From NCBI GenBank assembly GCA_963676395.1, contig OY781066.1, forward strand, positions 96,001 to 160,000: a stretch of 64,000 nucleotides of DNA, in the 5' to 3' direction. The notes beneath the pieces are model-generated. The model saw only the letters and a list, made by a program, of their open reading frames with translations, searched no databases and was not told the origin of the DNA. The DNA is from a bacterium (lineage in GTDB: Bacteria > Fidelibacterota > Fidelibacteria > Fidelibacterales > Fidelibacteraceae). Position 1 is the first letter of the stretch, and every line of letters begins with the position of its first letter. The translations under genes were made by a program, and so were the position numbers. Of the stretch, positions 10,133-19,579 are shown one piece after another.

Positions 10133-11089
10133 CTAATAACTGAGTTTTTCCATTAAGTTAATACCCGAAAGAACATCTTCACGCGAAGGAAACATTTCCC
10201 ATTTTTCCTGAGCAACAAAATCATAAAGTTTGTTATGTCCCTTACCGTAAACATGATCCAGCTTAAAATCCATATCGGGTTTTTCCATACCTTCAACATT
10301 CCAGTGAGAAATTGAATTTAAATTTGTTCCGGCCAAACGGATAATACCTTTTTCAGCGATCAAGGTAAATTCTGTCTCATAATTTTTTTCAAAAGCATCA
10401 ACAGTAGCATTCAAAGATCCAACAATACCTGATTTAAATCTCATGACTGCTGACACCGAATCATAAACTTCAAGTCCTCTTAATGTTCCGCCTTCGCCTT
10501 TCCCGGCCACAAGTTCACCAAAGAAATAATGCAACATATCTACATAATGACTTGCCTGGGTGTATAATACACCACCATCCAAAGAACGTGTTCCATGCCA
10601 ACCGATATCAAAATACGCGTCATTTCTATTCCAAAGTACATTACAAACAAACTGATTTAAATCTCCCAATTTCTTTTCATCGATCATTTTTTTCAACATT
10701 TGTACTAAGGGATTGTATCTATTCTGATAAACAGGTAATAAAGTTTTCCCCGCCTTATCGACTCTGTCAAATACCTCATACGCTTCGCGAACGGTTAAAC
10801 TGAGGGGTTTTTCACAAATAATATAGGGAGCATCGGTATTTTCTGCGATTTCGGCAACATGAAGAGGGTGATTGCCCGATGGTGTTAAAACCGAGATTAT
10901 CTCTACATCTTTTATTTGACGATAATCGGTAACATAGTCTACATTCAGTTGTTGAGCTAAAGCTTTTGCTTTTTCTTCAATTATATCACAAACAATGGAT
11001 ATTTTGAGATCTTTATTTTCATTAATTGCTTCAATATGTCGTTTTGATATACGGCCGCATCCGACCAGAGCGATCTTTTTCATGTACAT
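10133..11089 (-). CDS. wbpB: Gfo/Idh/MocA oxidoreductase, UDP-GlcNAcA 3-dehydrogenase (WbpB/WlbA-like)
   Basis: 'VGCGRISKRH', 'TPSGNH', 'CEKPL', 'QNRYNP', 'DGGVLYTQASHYVD'. Confidence 0.82.
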   Translation of the reverse strand: MYMKKIALVGCGRISKRHIEAINENKDLKISIVCDIIEEKAKALAQQLNVDYVTDYRQIKDVEIISVLTPSGNHPLHVAEIAENTDAPYIICEKPLSLTVREAYEVFDRVDKAGKTLLPVYQNRYNPLVQMLKKMIDEKKLGDLNQFVCNVLWNRNDAYFDIGWHGTRSLDGGVLYTQASHYVDMLHYFFGELVAGKGEGGTLRGLEVYDSVSAVMRFKSGIVGSLNATVDAFEKNYETEFTLIAEKGIIRLAGTNLNSISHWNVEGMEKPDMDFKLDHVYGKGHNKLYDFVAQEKWEMFPSREDVLSGINLMEKLSY

Positions 11090-11197
11090 TTGTCCTTTCT
11101 TAAAAATCCATATGAAATATAAACTTTGTTTGTGTTTTTAACAAAGTAAATGTTAGGCGCCGATGAAGTCGATGTATGTCAATTTAAGTCGATAATT

Positions 11198-11563
11198 TTA
11201 GATTTTTAACGATCTGTTTAAGGAATTTAACATAAATGTTATTTCATTCACTTTGATCTCTATATCATTAAACAAGGTTTCACTGATATAATTCAAATAG
11301 AAGTGACATTGTAATTCTGTAGCGCTGCCATACGATATGCAAATATACCGCCTAAAATCTTTATTAGAAAATCTCGATGATCCTTCTTTCTGCCATATTT
11401 GCAACAATTGACACAGAACAATAACGAATTTAACTTTTTAGGTTCTTTTCTTCGTCATATGGAATTTTTTCGTAACATCATAAACATAGCTATTGAATTC
11501 ATGTGCTTTTTTCCAAACATCAAGCTTTTCAAAGCCATAAACAAATGATTTAGCTTCTATCAT
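11198..11563 (-). pseudogene. Four-helix-bundle (23S rRNA IVS/S23-like) protein, frameshifted
   Basis: ATG at 11563 after GAGGGGG gives MIEAKSFVYGFEKLDVWKKAHEF..VYDVTKKF; a second frame continues YDEEKNLKS*IRYCSVSIVANMAE; a third gives EGSSRFSNKDFRRYICISYGSATELQ...MLNSLNRSL. Two frameshifts and an internal stop. Confidence 0.8.
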
Positions 11564-11639
11564 AGTCCCCCTCGGACGTTTTATAGAATTAACAATAAGC
11601 CATTAAATCATATTTATTTACAACATCGACCTTATCGAC

Positions 11640-13082
11640 TTATTCTTCAGACGGTTTTATCCAAACCAATAATCTGTTCATCAACAATGATGATGTTACG
11701 CCAATGAGGGTATACCATGTCCAATTTACTTTAAACAAACCCTGCCAACCCGCAACAATTATAAAGGTCATTACAGCTATCGAAAAGAAGAAAGGTACAA
11801 CATACTGCCATAGTTTACATTTCTTAAAGAAACGTACAGCAATAAATACTCCCAATGTTCCTCCGTAGGTAAAGGATGCGATGGATAAACCTATTTCTAC
11901 CAAAGGACTCTCTTGGTTGGTAAAGATCATAGCACCAAAAACCATCACAATACCCCATACAAAAGTGGTTATACGAGAGATTTTCAGCCATTTTCCTTCA
12001 TCAGTGATATTCTTGAAAATAGGTTTAAAAATATCAACAGTAATCGATGAGGACATAGCACTTAACGAACCACTTAAAGTCGTCATTGATGCGGCAAAGA
12101 TACCTGCGACTGTTATCCCTTTAACAACAGGAGGTAAGTTTTCGATAATAAATTTTGTAAATAGTTCATCCGGTTTTGTAATACCAAGCGCTTCAAAGCT
12201 GGCACCTTGCCATACCATATACAGCATTGCGCCAATACAAAGGAAAATGACAAATTGTACAAATACTACGATACCGCTTCCGACCATAGCTTTTTTAGAA
12301 TCAGCCTGACTTTTACATGAGAGAATTCTCTGAACAATCAATTGATCTGTACCGTGACTTGCCATAGAAAGTAAAGCACCCCCTATAACACCGCCCCAGA
12401 TTGTATACCCTTTAGCACCATTAAAATTGACTAATAAAGACTTTCCTTTTTCGACGAAATCTGCGACTGACGCACCAGCATCCGGTAGCATATTCATTCC
12501 AATGACCAATGCCGCAACAGCTGCCCCCATATAGATGATCCACTGTGCAAAGTCCATCCAAACAACACCTTTAATTCCACCCATCAAGGTATATGCAACT
12601 GTTACGATACCCAGAATTAGTAATGAATAGAAGTAAGGTAATCCGGTGATCATACTTAAAGGAATAGCAACAGCAAACAAGCGAACACCATCTGCCAAAA
12701 GACGAGTCAACATGAATGTAATTGACATTATACGTTGCATTGTCACGCCGCCTTTTTCCTTGATGGCTTCATATACGGAGATATACTGTCCCTTTGCATA
12801 CATGGGTATAAAAATCAAAGCTACAAAAATTCGACCAACTATATAACCGATACATACCTGTAGAAATGTAAAATTCCCGAGATAAGCTACGCCGGGGATT
12901 GACAAGAATGTCAATACAGAGGTTTCTGCCGCAACGATGGAAACCATAACCGCCCACCAAGGCAATTTGTTGCCGGCTGAAAAATAATCTTTCATATTTT
13001 TTACACTTCGTCCCAGAAGGGATCCTGCCGCAAAAACACCTATCATGAAAGCGACAATAATTGCAATGTCTACTGCTTGCAT
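11640..13082 (-). CDS. Sodium:solute symporter (SSS family; sugar/amino-sugar-like subgroup)
   Basis: 'DYFSAGNKLPWWAV', 'ETSVLTFLSIPG', 'YTLMGGIKGVVWMD', 'GTDQLIVQR', 'AASMTTLSGSL'; about 13 TM helices. Confidence 0.92.
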   Translation of the reverse strand: MQAVDIAIIVAFMIGVFAAGSLLGRSVKNMKDYFSAGNKLPWWAVMVSIVAAETSVLTFLSIPGVAYLGNFTFLQVCIGYIVGRIFVALIFIPMYAKGQYISVYEAIKEKGGVTMQRIMSITFMLTRLLADGVRLFAVAIPLSMITGLPYFYSLLILGIVTVAYTLMGGIKGVVWMDFAQWIIYMGAAVAALVIGMNMLPDAGASVADFVEKGKSLLVNFNGAKGYTIWGGVIGGALLSMASHGTDQLIVQRILSCKSQADSKKAMVGSGIVVFVQFVIFLCIGAMLYMVWQGASFEALGITKPDELFTKFIIENLPPVVKGITVAGIFAASMTTLSGSLSAMSSSITVDIFKPIFKNITDEGKWLKISRITTFVWGIVMVFGAMIFTNQESPLVEIGLSIASFTYGGTLGVFIAVRFFKKCKLWQYVVPFFFSIAVMTFIIVAGWQGLFKVNWTWYTLIGVTSSLLMNRLLVWIKPSEE

Positions 13083-13110
13083 ACTTTTTCCTTTACTGTT
13101 TATCTAAAAT

Positions 13111-13140
13111 AAAAAACCCGATCGTCTGTAAACGGTCGGG
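13111..13140 (-). terminator. Rho-independent terminator after the 13173-14795 gene
   Basis: Minus strand CCCGACCGT-TTACAG-ACGATCGGG-TTTTTT. Confidence 0.75.
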
Positions 13141-13172
13141 CTAATATACTAAAAAAGATGTGCGTTTAAAAA

Positions 13173-14795
13173 TTAAAAAAGAATACCAGTTTCAACATTC
13201 ATAACCGTAACGTTTTCTGTTTTAGGATTAATTATTGCATCACCATTCATATCACGATATGTTAGCATATAGTTATAAACGATACTTATACCACCGCCCA
13301 GGTCCATACCCAGCTTAGCTCCCATAACTGTACGTTCAGAAGGATTACGGAATGCCCATGGATTCGGATCGTTGTTACGATGATAATATCCTGTTATCTC
13401 AGATACCAAAGGAATAGTACCCTTAGGAACAGATGCTTCCGCTTGGAAAGTTTGCAAGATATCACCGGCATTGGATGTCATATTCATATAAGCAAAATCA
13501 AGAGTAAAGAAATTTGCTATATTAATACCGATCGATCCAAAGAAACCTTGTGATTGCGGTAGATTTACTGATAGCAATTGATCAAATTTTGTTTTAGCAA
13601 TATAGCGTTGATCTTCATCCTGGACAAAGTAAACACGGTTTAAATCATAATTTCTATCAAAGAAACCATACTGAAAGTTTTCTTGAGCCCAACGATATTC
13701 AATCTTTGCAGTCATGAAATTACTTATATTCATACCAATACCGACAGGCGATGTACCAATAAATACATCATCCATTGTCAAGTCGCTAAATTGTGTATTT
13801 CCATCAAGATAGCCCAAAACAGCTCCTACTGAATACACATCCAAAGAAAATCCGCTTTTACGAATAATGGGAATGGTAATATCGGCAGCCGCTGAAAATA
13901 CGGTGGGATGAGTTGTCATTAAAGTATCAATTGTTGGAATATACAAAGTTTCAACCGTATCTGCTCTTTCATAACCATCATATGTGGGGAACATCAAACT
14001 CATAATATCCAATACATCCGGAGTCATTTCAGCAATTGCAGGATATTCCCACTTATTGTTACCGTCATCATCTATGTCTTCGGCATCGGCAATTCCGTCA
14101 CCATCCGTATCAACATGAAAATCTCTATTCAAAGGGAAATGATCCATTAAATCTGCATAACCATCGTTATCAAAGTCAGATTCAAACGCATTGTATGGAT
14201 TTAAATCGGCAACGGCTGATACACCCAGTTCTACAAAACCACCAAGGGCAAAGCGACCACCCATAAGGCCGGGTTCTCTACTTACACCACCCATTTCGGT
14301 CCAATCTGCAATAAAACCATAGAAGCTGGTTTTAATCCCTTTTTCTTTCGTTTTCTTGTTAGAGATGGCAATTTCAGTACCAAAACGTTTTTTAACCGGA
14401 TATTCAAGCATGTTGGTGTATCTGTCAATGGAAATACCATTAACAAACGTCACATCATCAAGACCACCGATACGAAAATAAAAGGGATCGTATTTTGTTG
14501 CCCAGCTCAAATAGTAAAGCATATTGAGATAATCTTCATATTCATCCCAATTATGTGTTGATATCTGTCCTTCTGCATTGATATATACTGCCAAATCCAA
14601 CCCCAAACTCAATTTACCAATTGAAAATGTTGGTCGGAATGCAATCTGATTGAACAATTCACCATCTATTGTTACTGCACCGATACCAAAACCGGTTTCG
14701 AACATGGAAGATAATCCTGTGTCTTCTTCAGCTTGTCCAATAAATGGCATTGCTACAAGCAAAAGCATGATTAAAACACTAGCAGTTCTTTTCAT
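13173..14795 (-). CDS. Secreted hypothetical protein, probable outer-membrane beta-barrel with an acidic Ca-binding insert
   Basis: Signal peptide ending 'GQA'; alternating beta-strand pattern; 'DFDNDGYAD..DHFP....HVDTDGDGIADAEDIDDDGN' (thrombospondin type 3-like); C-terminal Phe. Confidence 0.65.
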   Translation of the reverse strand: MKRTASVLIMLLLVAMPFIGQAEEDTGLSSMFETGFGIGAVTIDGELFNQIAFRPTFSIGKLSLGLDLAVYINAEGQISTHNWDEYEDYLNMLYYLSWATKYDPFYFRIGGLDDVTFVNGISIDRYTNMLEYPVKKRFGTEIAISNKKTKEKGIKTSFYGFIADWTEMGGVSREPGLMGGRFALGGFVELGVSAVADLNPYNAFESDFDNDGYADLMDHFPLNRDFHVDTDGDGIADAEDIDDDGNNKWEYPAIAEMTPDVLDIMSLMFPTYDGYERADTVETLYIPTIDTLMTTHPTVFSAAADITIPIIRKSGFSLDVYSVGAVLGYLDGNTQFSDLTMDDVFIGTSPVGIGMNISNFMTAKIEYRWAQENFQYGFFDRNYDLNRVYFVQDEDQRYIAKTKFDQLLSVNLPQSQGFFGSIGINIANFFTLDFAYMNMTSNAGDILQTFQAEASVPKGTIPLVSEITGYYHRNNDPNPWAFRNPSERTVMGAKLGMDLGGGISIVYNYMLTYRDMNGDAIINPKTENVTVMNVETGILF

Positions 14796-14961
14796 ATTCT
14801 TCTCCTCACTTTGTTATTATTCTTTACCATGATAATATAAAGGCTATATTAATAAAATGTAAGATTTTTTATTATTGTTCCGACTAATAATTAAGAATTA
14901 GCAGTTAATAATAGAGGTTGAAAATTGAAAGTATATTATATCAGGCCACTTACTGAGCAAA

Positions 14962-15717
14962 TCAACACATCGACTCATCAACTAATTGCAGTTCACCTGC
15001 CATCGCAAAAGCATTAAAGGCAAATATTGAAATGTGTTTTACAGCTTCGTAGACCTTAAAATTATCTATAACTTTCTTAATATCTTCTGCTTGCTTGACT
15101 TCATTTGCAAATTTTGTTGCCAATTGATCTGCCATTACCGTATCTGGACATGCTACCGCTACAAGATCGGCATGACCAAAATTGGTAGAATGACCAAATT
15201 TCCCGGATGACGCGCAAAGCCCCAGTGGAGTATTCTCAGGGTATATTTTTAGATTTAACTTATTAGATAATGGATGTTCACCTGCGTAAAGTTTCACAGT
15301 AAGTTCTTCCATGACATCAATATATAGATCACCCCCATTTTCTACAATAATTTCATTAAAGGAAAACTTCTCCTTGAGCACCTCACCTATCTCCTGAGCA
15401 AACAATCCGGCTATACCCGCCATAGGACCAACCTTCGTAAGCTTTGAGCATTCGGCGAGCCGCGAAACCAATAAAGGTGCGGAATCTGATGTATTTATTG
15501 GTTCCAAACTTGTTTTGTACTGAGGGTTAAGTATAAAATATTGTTCAAAAATGTTTCTTAACGATCTGATCTTTTTCGCAAGAATATCAATAATATTTTT
15601 TTCGGGAGTTGTGTTATTAACATCGAATGCCAACCAAATATCACTTTCGAGATACGAGTAAGATAGTGTTCTAAATCGTTCCCCCATGTTATCGCGATAC
15701 CAACGGGGTTCGTACAT
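14962..15717 (-). CDS. UPF0280 family protein (ApbE-like superfamily)
   Basis: 'SLEP', 'VGPMAGIAG', 'IVENGGD', 'CASSGKFGHS.NFGHAD', 'AD..AT..AN'. Confidence 0.88.
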   Translation of the reverse strand: MYEPRWYRDNMGERFRTLSYSYLESDIWLAFDVNNTTPEKNIIDILAKKIRSLRNIFEQYFILNPQYKTSLEPINTSDSAPLLVSRLAECSKLTKVGPMAGIAGLFAQEIGEVLKEKFSFNEIIVENGGDLYIDVMEELTVKLYAGEHPLSNKLNLKIYPENTPLGLCASSGKFGHSTNFGHADLVAVACPDTVMADQLATKFANEVKQAEDIKKVIDNFKVYEAVKHISIFAFNAFAMAGELQLVDESMC

Positions 15718-15718
15718 G

Positions 15719-16864
15719 TTAATCTATGGCTTTGAGGTTTTTCAGTGATTTATTTTTCGGAAATAATTGCACCGGTTCAGAGATAAGAAATTCACCTTTT
15801 TCAATCTTTTCCTTTAAAATAAGAGCAATTTCTCTGGCTTTTTTAAGCGACGACATAGGAGTTGTAGGTATTAGCTTACCGTTAAATTTGATTTTACCGC
15901 TTCTCAACTCCTTGTAGTTAACTTTACCCAGTATGGGATTCCCCGGAGTTCCATAATCACGCACATAGGTTTCAATTTGCTCATTTCTTATGGATAGCCG
16001 CTTTGCCATCTCGGCGTCAAGCACCGGAATGGGAATACCGATGCCAACAAACATACTAACGCCATATTTTTGATAATAAGCTGCACGAATAAAGTCGGGA
16101 CTCATATCTTTCATATTACCTGTAACGGTCAAGGTACGTGAATGTATCAAAGGAATTCCGTGTTCATTCACCTCAGAATCACTGCGAAACTGGGTTCCAT
16201 TCCAAGTAACATAACCTTCTGCACCACCAAGAAAAATACGCGTACCCAAACCAATTGTCCTTAGTTCAGGATCATTAAGTAATGGACTCATTTCACCTGA
16301 TGTTGAGTAAGTTATATTGCCTAGCTCAGGTTTCAAAATGCCCATATATGTAAATTTTTTATCTTTGGTAGTGTTTGTAGCCGCAGGATAATTTTGATAT
16401 GCATTACGGGGATTATGCAAGATCATTTCATTAACGGTTTCTTTGGATATTTTCGCCTTTATCTCCTTGCGTGGATAACAATCTGTTCCTTTGCCGGTAG
16501 CGAGCAGGTCTACCTCATCACCTCTTATCAAAGCTTCGATAACATGCGCTCCTCCAAATGTAGGATCGTTTTCAGATTCCTGAGTGGCACCTATATAGGT
16601 GTCAACGGCAGCAATACCTCCCGAAACTTCAACGTTATTCAGAAAGATCTTTTCCATTCGCATTGCGGGTGTAGAATGTCCAAAATTAACAAATGCACCC
16701 GATGAACACATAGGTCCAAAGGTTGCAGTAGTAACCACATCCACTTTTTCGGCTATTGCTTCTGAAGACATCGTTTCAGCCAATACAGAAACCTCTTCAG
16801 CGGTCATGACCACTGCCTCTCCCTTTGCTATTTTCTCATTGATCTCTTTATATGATTTTGCCAT
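15719..16864 (-). CDS. Homocysteine biosynthesis protein / L-aspartate-semialdehyde sulfurtransferase (DUF39)
   Basis: 'EINEKIAKGEAVVMTAEE', 'VDVVTTATFGPMCSSGA', 'GTDCYPR', 'NPRNAYQNY', 'SPLLNDP', 'VGIGIPIP'. Confidence 0.9.
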   Translation of the reverse strand: MAKSYKEINEKIAKGEAVVMTAEEVSVLAETMSSEAIAEKVDVVTTATFGPMCSSGAFVNFGHSTPAMRMEKIFLNNVEVSGGIAAVDTYIGATQESENDPTFGGAHVIEALIRGDEVDLLATGKGTDCYPRKEIKAKISKETVNEMILHNPRNAYQNYPAATNTTKDKKFTYMGILKPELGNITYSTSGEMSPLLNDPELRTIGLGTRIFLGGAEGYVTWNGTQFRSDSEVNEHGIPLIHSRTLTVTGNMKDMSPDFIRAAYYQKYGVSMFVGIGIPIPVLDAEMAKRLSIRNEQIETYVRDYGTPGNPILGKVNYKELRSGKIKFNGKLIPTTPMSSLKKAREIALILKEKIEKGEFLISEPVQLFPKNKSLKNLKAID

Positions 16865-17207
16865 TATATCCCTTTCTTTAACAAAATATAATAAAAATAT
16901 ATCGCAATAGGGGAATGAATTATTGGTAAAATGAACATTTTACATAATTCGTTGTTTTTACATGGATGCAGGAGCGACTCAAGAATCATTCTGAATATGA
17001 AAGAAGATTCTATCAAATAATTTAGCATTCGAACAATAGATATATCAATTATTCCATATTCGTTTACTCACCTATTCATTCGCTCAATGAAAACCTCCTC
17101 GCAATATGCTTTAAAACTATAGCATAATTTATCGAAATTAAAATTAATACGTAAAAAAAATAGAATGCCAGATACACAACACTTTGTATATGGTAAAAAA
17201 GTTTTCA

Positions 17208-17236
17208 TTGTCAACCATGCGCTTTAATCTTAAATT
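17208..17236 (+). promoter_or_regulatory. Sigma70-type promoter for the dipeptide epimerase
   Basis: TTGTCA-N17-TAAATT, 38 bp before the ATG. Confidence 0.6.
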
Positions 17237-17274
17237 CCCCACGTTAATGGAAAATCTACAACTAAGGATCTTTA

Positions 17275-18312
17275 ATGAAACTCAAAGTTCATGAATATGA
17301 CCTACCGCTAAAGTATAAATTCGGTATCTCCCGCGAAACACGAACCGTCCAAAAAACCGCCATTATCGAGGTAATCGACGGCGATTATTCCGGATTTGGT
17401 GAATGTGTTGCAAATCATAAATATTATAAATTCACTATCGACATGATCAGAGATGATATGGCGTCGGTTGAAACTGATCTTAACAAGGTCGATATTATTG
17501 CTACTCCTCCCGCGGAAATTTGGGATATGCTCAATGATAAACTTAAGCACAATCCATTCGCTCAATGTGCTTTAGATATGGCCTTATATGATCTTTGGGG
17601 TAAAAAACAGGGGAAAGCGACCTATGAGTTATGGGGATTAAACCCGAAAAACAATCCCGTAACTGATTACACAATTGGAATTGATGAAACACCCATCATG
17701 ATCAAAAAGATGAAAGAATATGCCGATTGGCCTGTCTTTAAAATAAAATTAGGTACAGATCATGATATGGAGATCATGAGTGAATTACGCGAAAATACGG
17801 ATGCCATTTTACGGATTGATGCCAACTGTGCTTGGACAGCCGACCAAACCATTGAATATTCTCATCGTTTAAAGGAATTAAACGTAGAATTCATTGAACA
17901 AGCCATGCCTGCCGAAGCAAGTATAGAAGATATGAAAAAGGTTTATGAGAATTCAGCATTACCTCTTATCGCCGACGAAAGCTGTATTTCTGAAGAAGAT
18001 GTCGATAAATGCTACGGTTTATTCCATGGTGTCAATATTAAGGTCGTCAAATGCGGTGGTCTTACTCCCGCAAAGCGAATGGCCTTGCGCGCCAGAGAAT
18101 TAGGTATGAAAGTGATGGTGGGTTGTATGACAGAATCGACCGTAGGTATTTCGGGGATCGCTCAACTTCTTCCTCTTTTAGATTATGTAGACATGGACGG
18201 TCCAATTCTTCTTGCCAAAGATATTGCTACCGGCGTACGTATCAATAAAGGTGTCGTATCTTATTCCAAAATAAAAGGTAATGGTGTTGTATTAACCGGG
18301 TTCACCGAATAG
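17275..18312 (+). CDS. Dipeptide epimerase (L-Ala-D/L-Glu epimerase, enolase superfamily)
   Basis: 'FKIKLG', 'RIDANCAW', 'FIEQ', 'IADES', 'NIKVVKCGG', 'MVGCMTES', 'DMDG'. Confidence 0.92.
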   Translation: MKLKVHEYDLPLKYKFGISRETRTVQKTAIIEVIDGDYSGFGECVANHKYYKFTIDMIRDDMASVETDLNKVDIIATPPAEIWDMLNDKLKHNPFAQCALDMALYDLWGKKQGKATYELWGLNPKNNPVTDYTIGIDETPIMIKKMKEYADWPVFKIKLGTDHDMEIMSELRENTDAILRIDANCAWTADQTIEYSHRLKELNVEFIEQAMPAEASIEDMKKVYENSALPLIADESCISEEDVDKCYGLFHGVNIKVVKCGGLTPAKRMALRARELGMKVMVGCMTESTVGISGIAQLLPLLDYVDMDGPILLAKDIATGVRINKGVVSYSKIKGNGVVLTGFTE

Positions 18313-18320
18313 GAAAAACT

Positions 18321-18761
18321 ATGAGTGATATAAAAAATAATAAAGTACTTCTTTCTTGGAAAGTCCACATGGCTAAGCACAATATCTCACGAGCCATTTC
18401 AGCGCTGATTCTCATCTTGATTTGTGTTTACTTTGTTAACCTTACACTTGAGGATGGATTTTTAACCTTGGTTTCGTTTTTCGTTCTATTAATGATGGTT
18501 CTCCCCTACTATTTACCTAATACCTTTATCTTAAGCGATGAAGGAGTTGAAAAAAAAATGTTATTCTCAAAGCAGACACGTAAATGGAGTGAATTCCATC
18601 GCTATGAGGTTGGCAAGAATGCCGTTAATCTTTATACCATGAATAAAAAATCGCGCCTTGACAATTATCGCTCGTTTTTGATCATTTGTCATCAAAATAA
18701 AGATAAAGTGATAAAGATCGTTGAAGAAAAGCTTAAAATAAATGAGAAACGAGAGCCTTGA
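18321..18761 (+). CDS. Hypothetical membrane protein (2 TM plus PH-like beta domain)
   Basis: Two N-terminal hydrophobic helices, then 'FILSDEGV.......RKWSEF'; 8 bp after the epimerase stop. Confidence 0.7.
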   Translation: MSDIKNNKVLLSWKVHMAKHNISRAISALILILICVYFVNLTLEDGFLTLVSFFVLLMMVLPYYLPNTFILSDEGVEKKMLFSKQTRKWSEFHRYEVGKNAVNLYTMNKKSRLDNYRSFLIICHQNKDKVIKIVEEKLKINEKREP

Positions 18762-19125
18762 CAAATCGATAGAAGTAATTTTAAGAAACAATAAGGCATA
18801 TATCTAAAGAGAGACGAAAGGTTTATGTGATCAAATTTGCATAGTTACAATTTCCGCACATTCCAGAAAAAGCGATAGATTGGGCACTAAAGATCAAATT
18901 AGTTTAACTACCATAGCATATTTAAATCGATTAGAATATAGACTAGCTTAGCATGGAGTCTGTATTAATAAAAGGCTTTTCATAAAGATCGTAATCTTAG
19001 CGATAACCCACACCTACAAATAGAAATTTCATACGAAAAAATGCAAGCAAATAAGCAGCTAAACACACACAATTATTTAAACCATAGATCACTAGGAACA
19101 AAGCAAATCTAAGCTCTTTATTATA

Positions 19126-19154
19126 TTGTTCTTCGAACCTTTTATGCTTATATT
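19126..19154 (+). promoter_or_regulatory. Putative promoter of the membrane-complex operon
   Basis: TTGTTC-N17-TATATT, matching the other promoters in the window. Confidence 0.45.
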
Positions 19155-19231
19155 TTTCCGTTGTAGTAAATCATAGTACTCTTTAATATAGATTTTGAAT
19201 GTTACTATACCATTATTGGGGTTTATAAGGT

Positions 19232-19579
19232 TTGGAAGATAAAGTATTCGAACAAGAAATGATTGAAAAAATAGCTTCGACAGTAGTCAGACGTCGTTTA
19301 TCTGTGCCGGCTATCCTATTCATGGAAGTTTTAAAGCCATTATCGTTTTTTGGAGCCCAAACTTTGAATTTTTTTGGCCCAATTATTGAATCTCTTATGA
19401 AGAAAGAAAATCGATATTATGATTTTACTTCTTTCCTTGAAGAAAGAAAAAATATCGAAAAGATCCTTGTGCGTATTGAGGAACTTGAGAATGAGAGACC
19501 GCACCCCCCCCAAAAGAATAAAAAAAACAGAAAAAAAGATAAAAAAGACAAACATCATACATTGCAATTGGAGGATTAA
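19232..19579 (+). CDS. Hypothetical protein, first gene of the membrane operon
   Basis: 115 aa, TTG start; amphipathic 'VPAILFMEVLKPLSFFGAQ'; basic tail; stop abuts the next ATG. Confidence 0.75.
   Translation: MEDKVFEQEMIEKIASTVVRRRLSVPAILFMEVLKPLSFFGAQTLNFFGPIIESLMKKENRYYDFTSFLEERKNIEKILVRIEELENERPHPPQKNKKNRKKDKKDKHHTLQLED

Noticed and set aside
11198..11563. Diversity-generating retroelement (Avd-like gene)
   Set aside because: No reverse transcriptase and no template/variable repeat pair noticed
16865..17207. Possible SAM riboswitch ahead of the homocysteine gene
   Set aside because: No SAM-I core (ATC..GAG...GA.GG...GCAACC) or other recognisable aptamer on the minus strand
18762..19125. 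Long spacer: possible sRNA or decayed gene; TGTGATCAAATTTGCA half-site
   Set aside because: No sustained frame, stable structure or full dyad; cannot be supported
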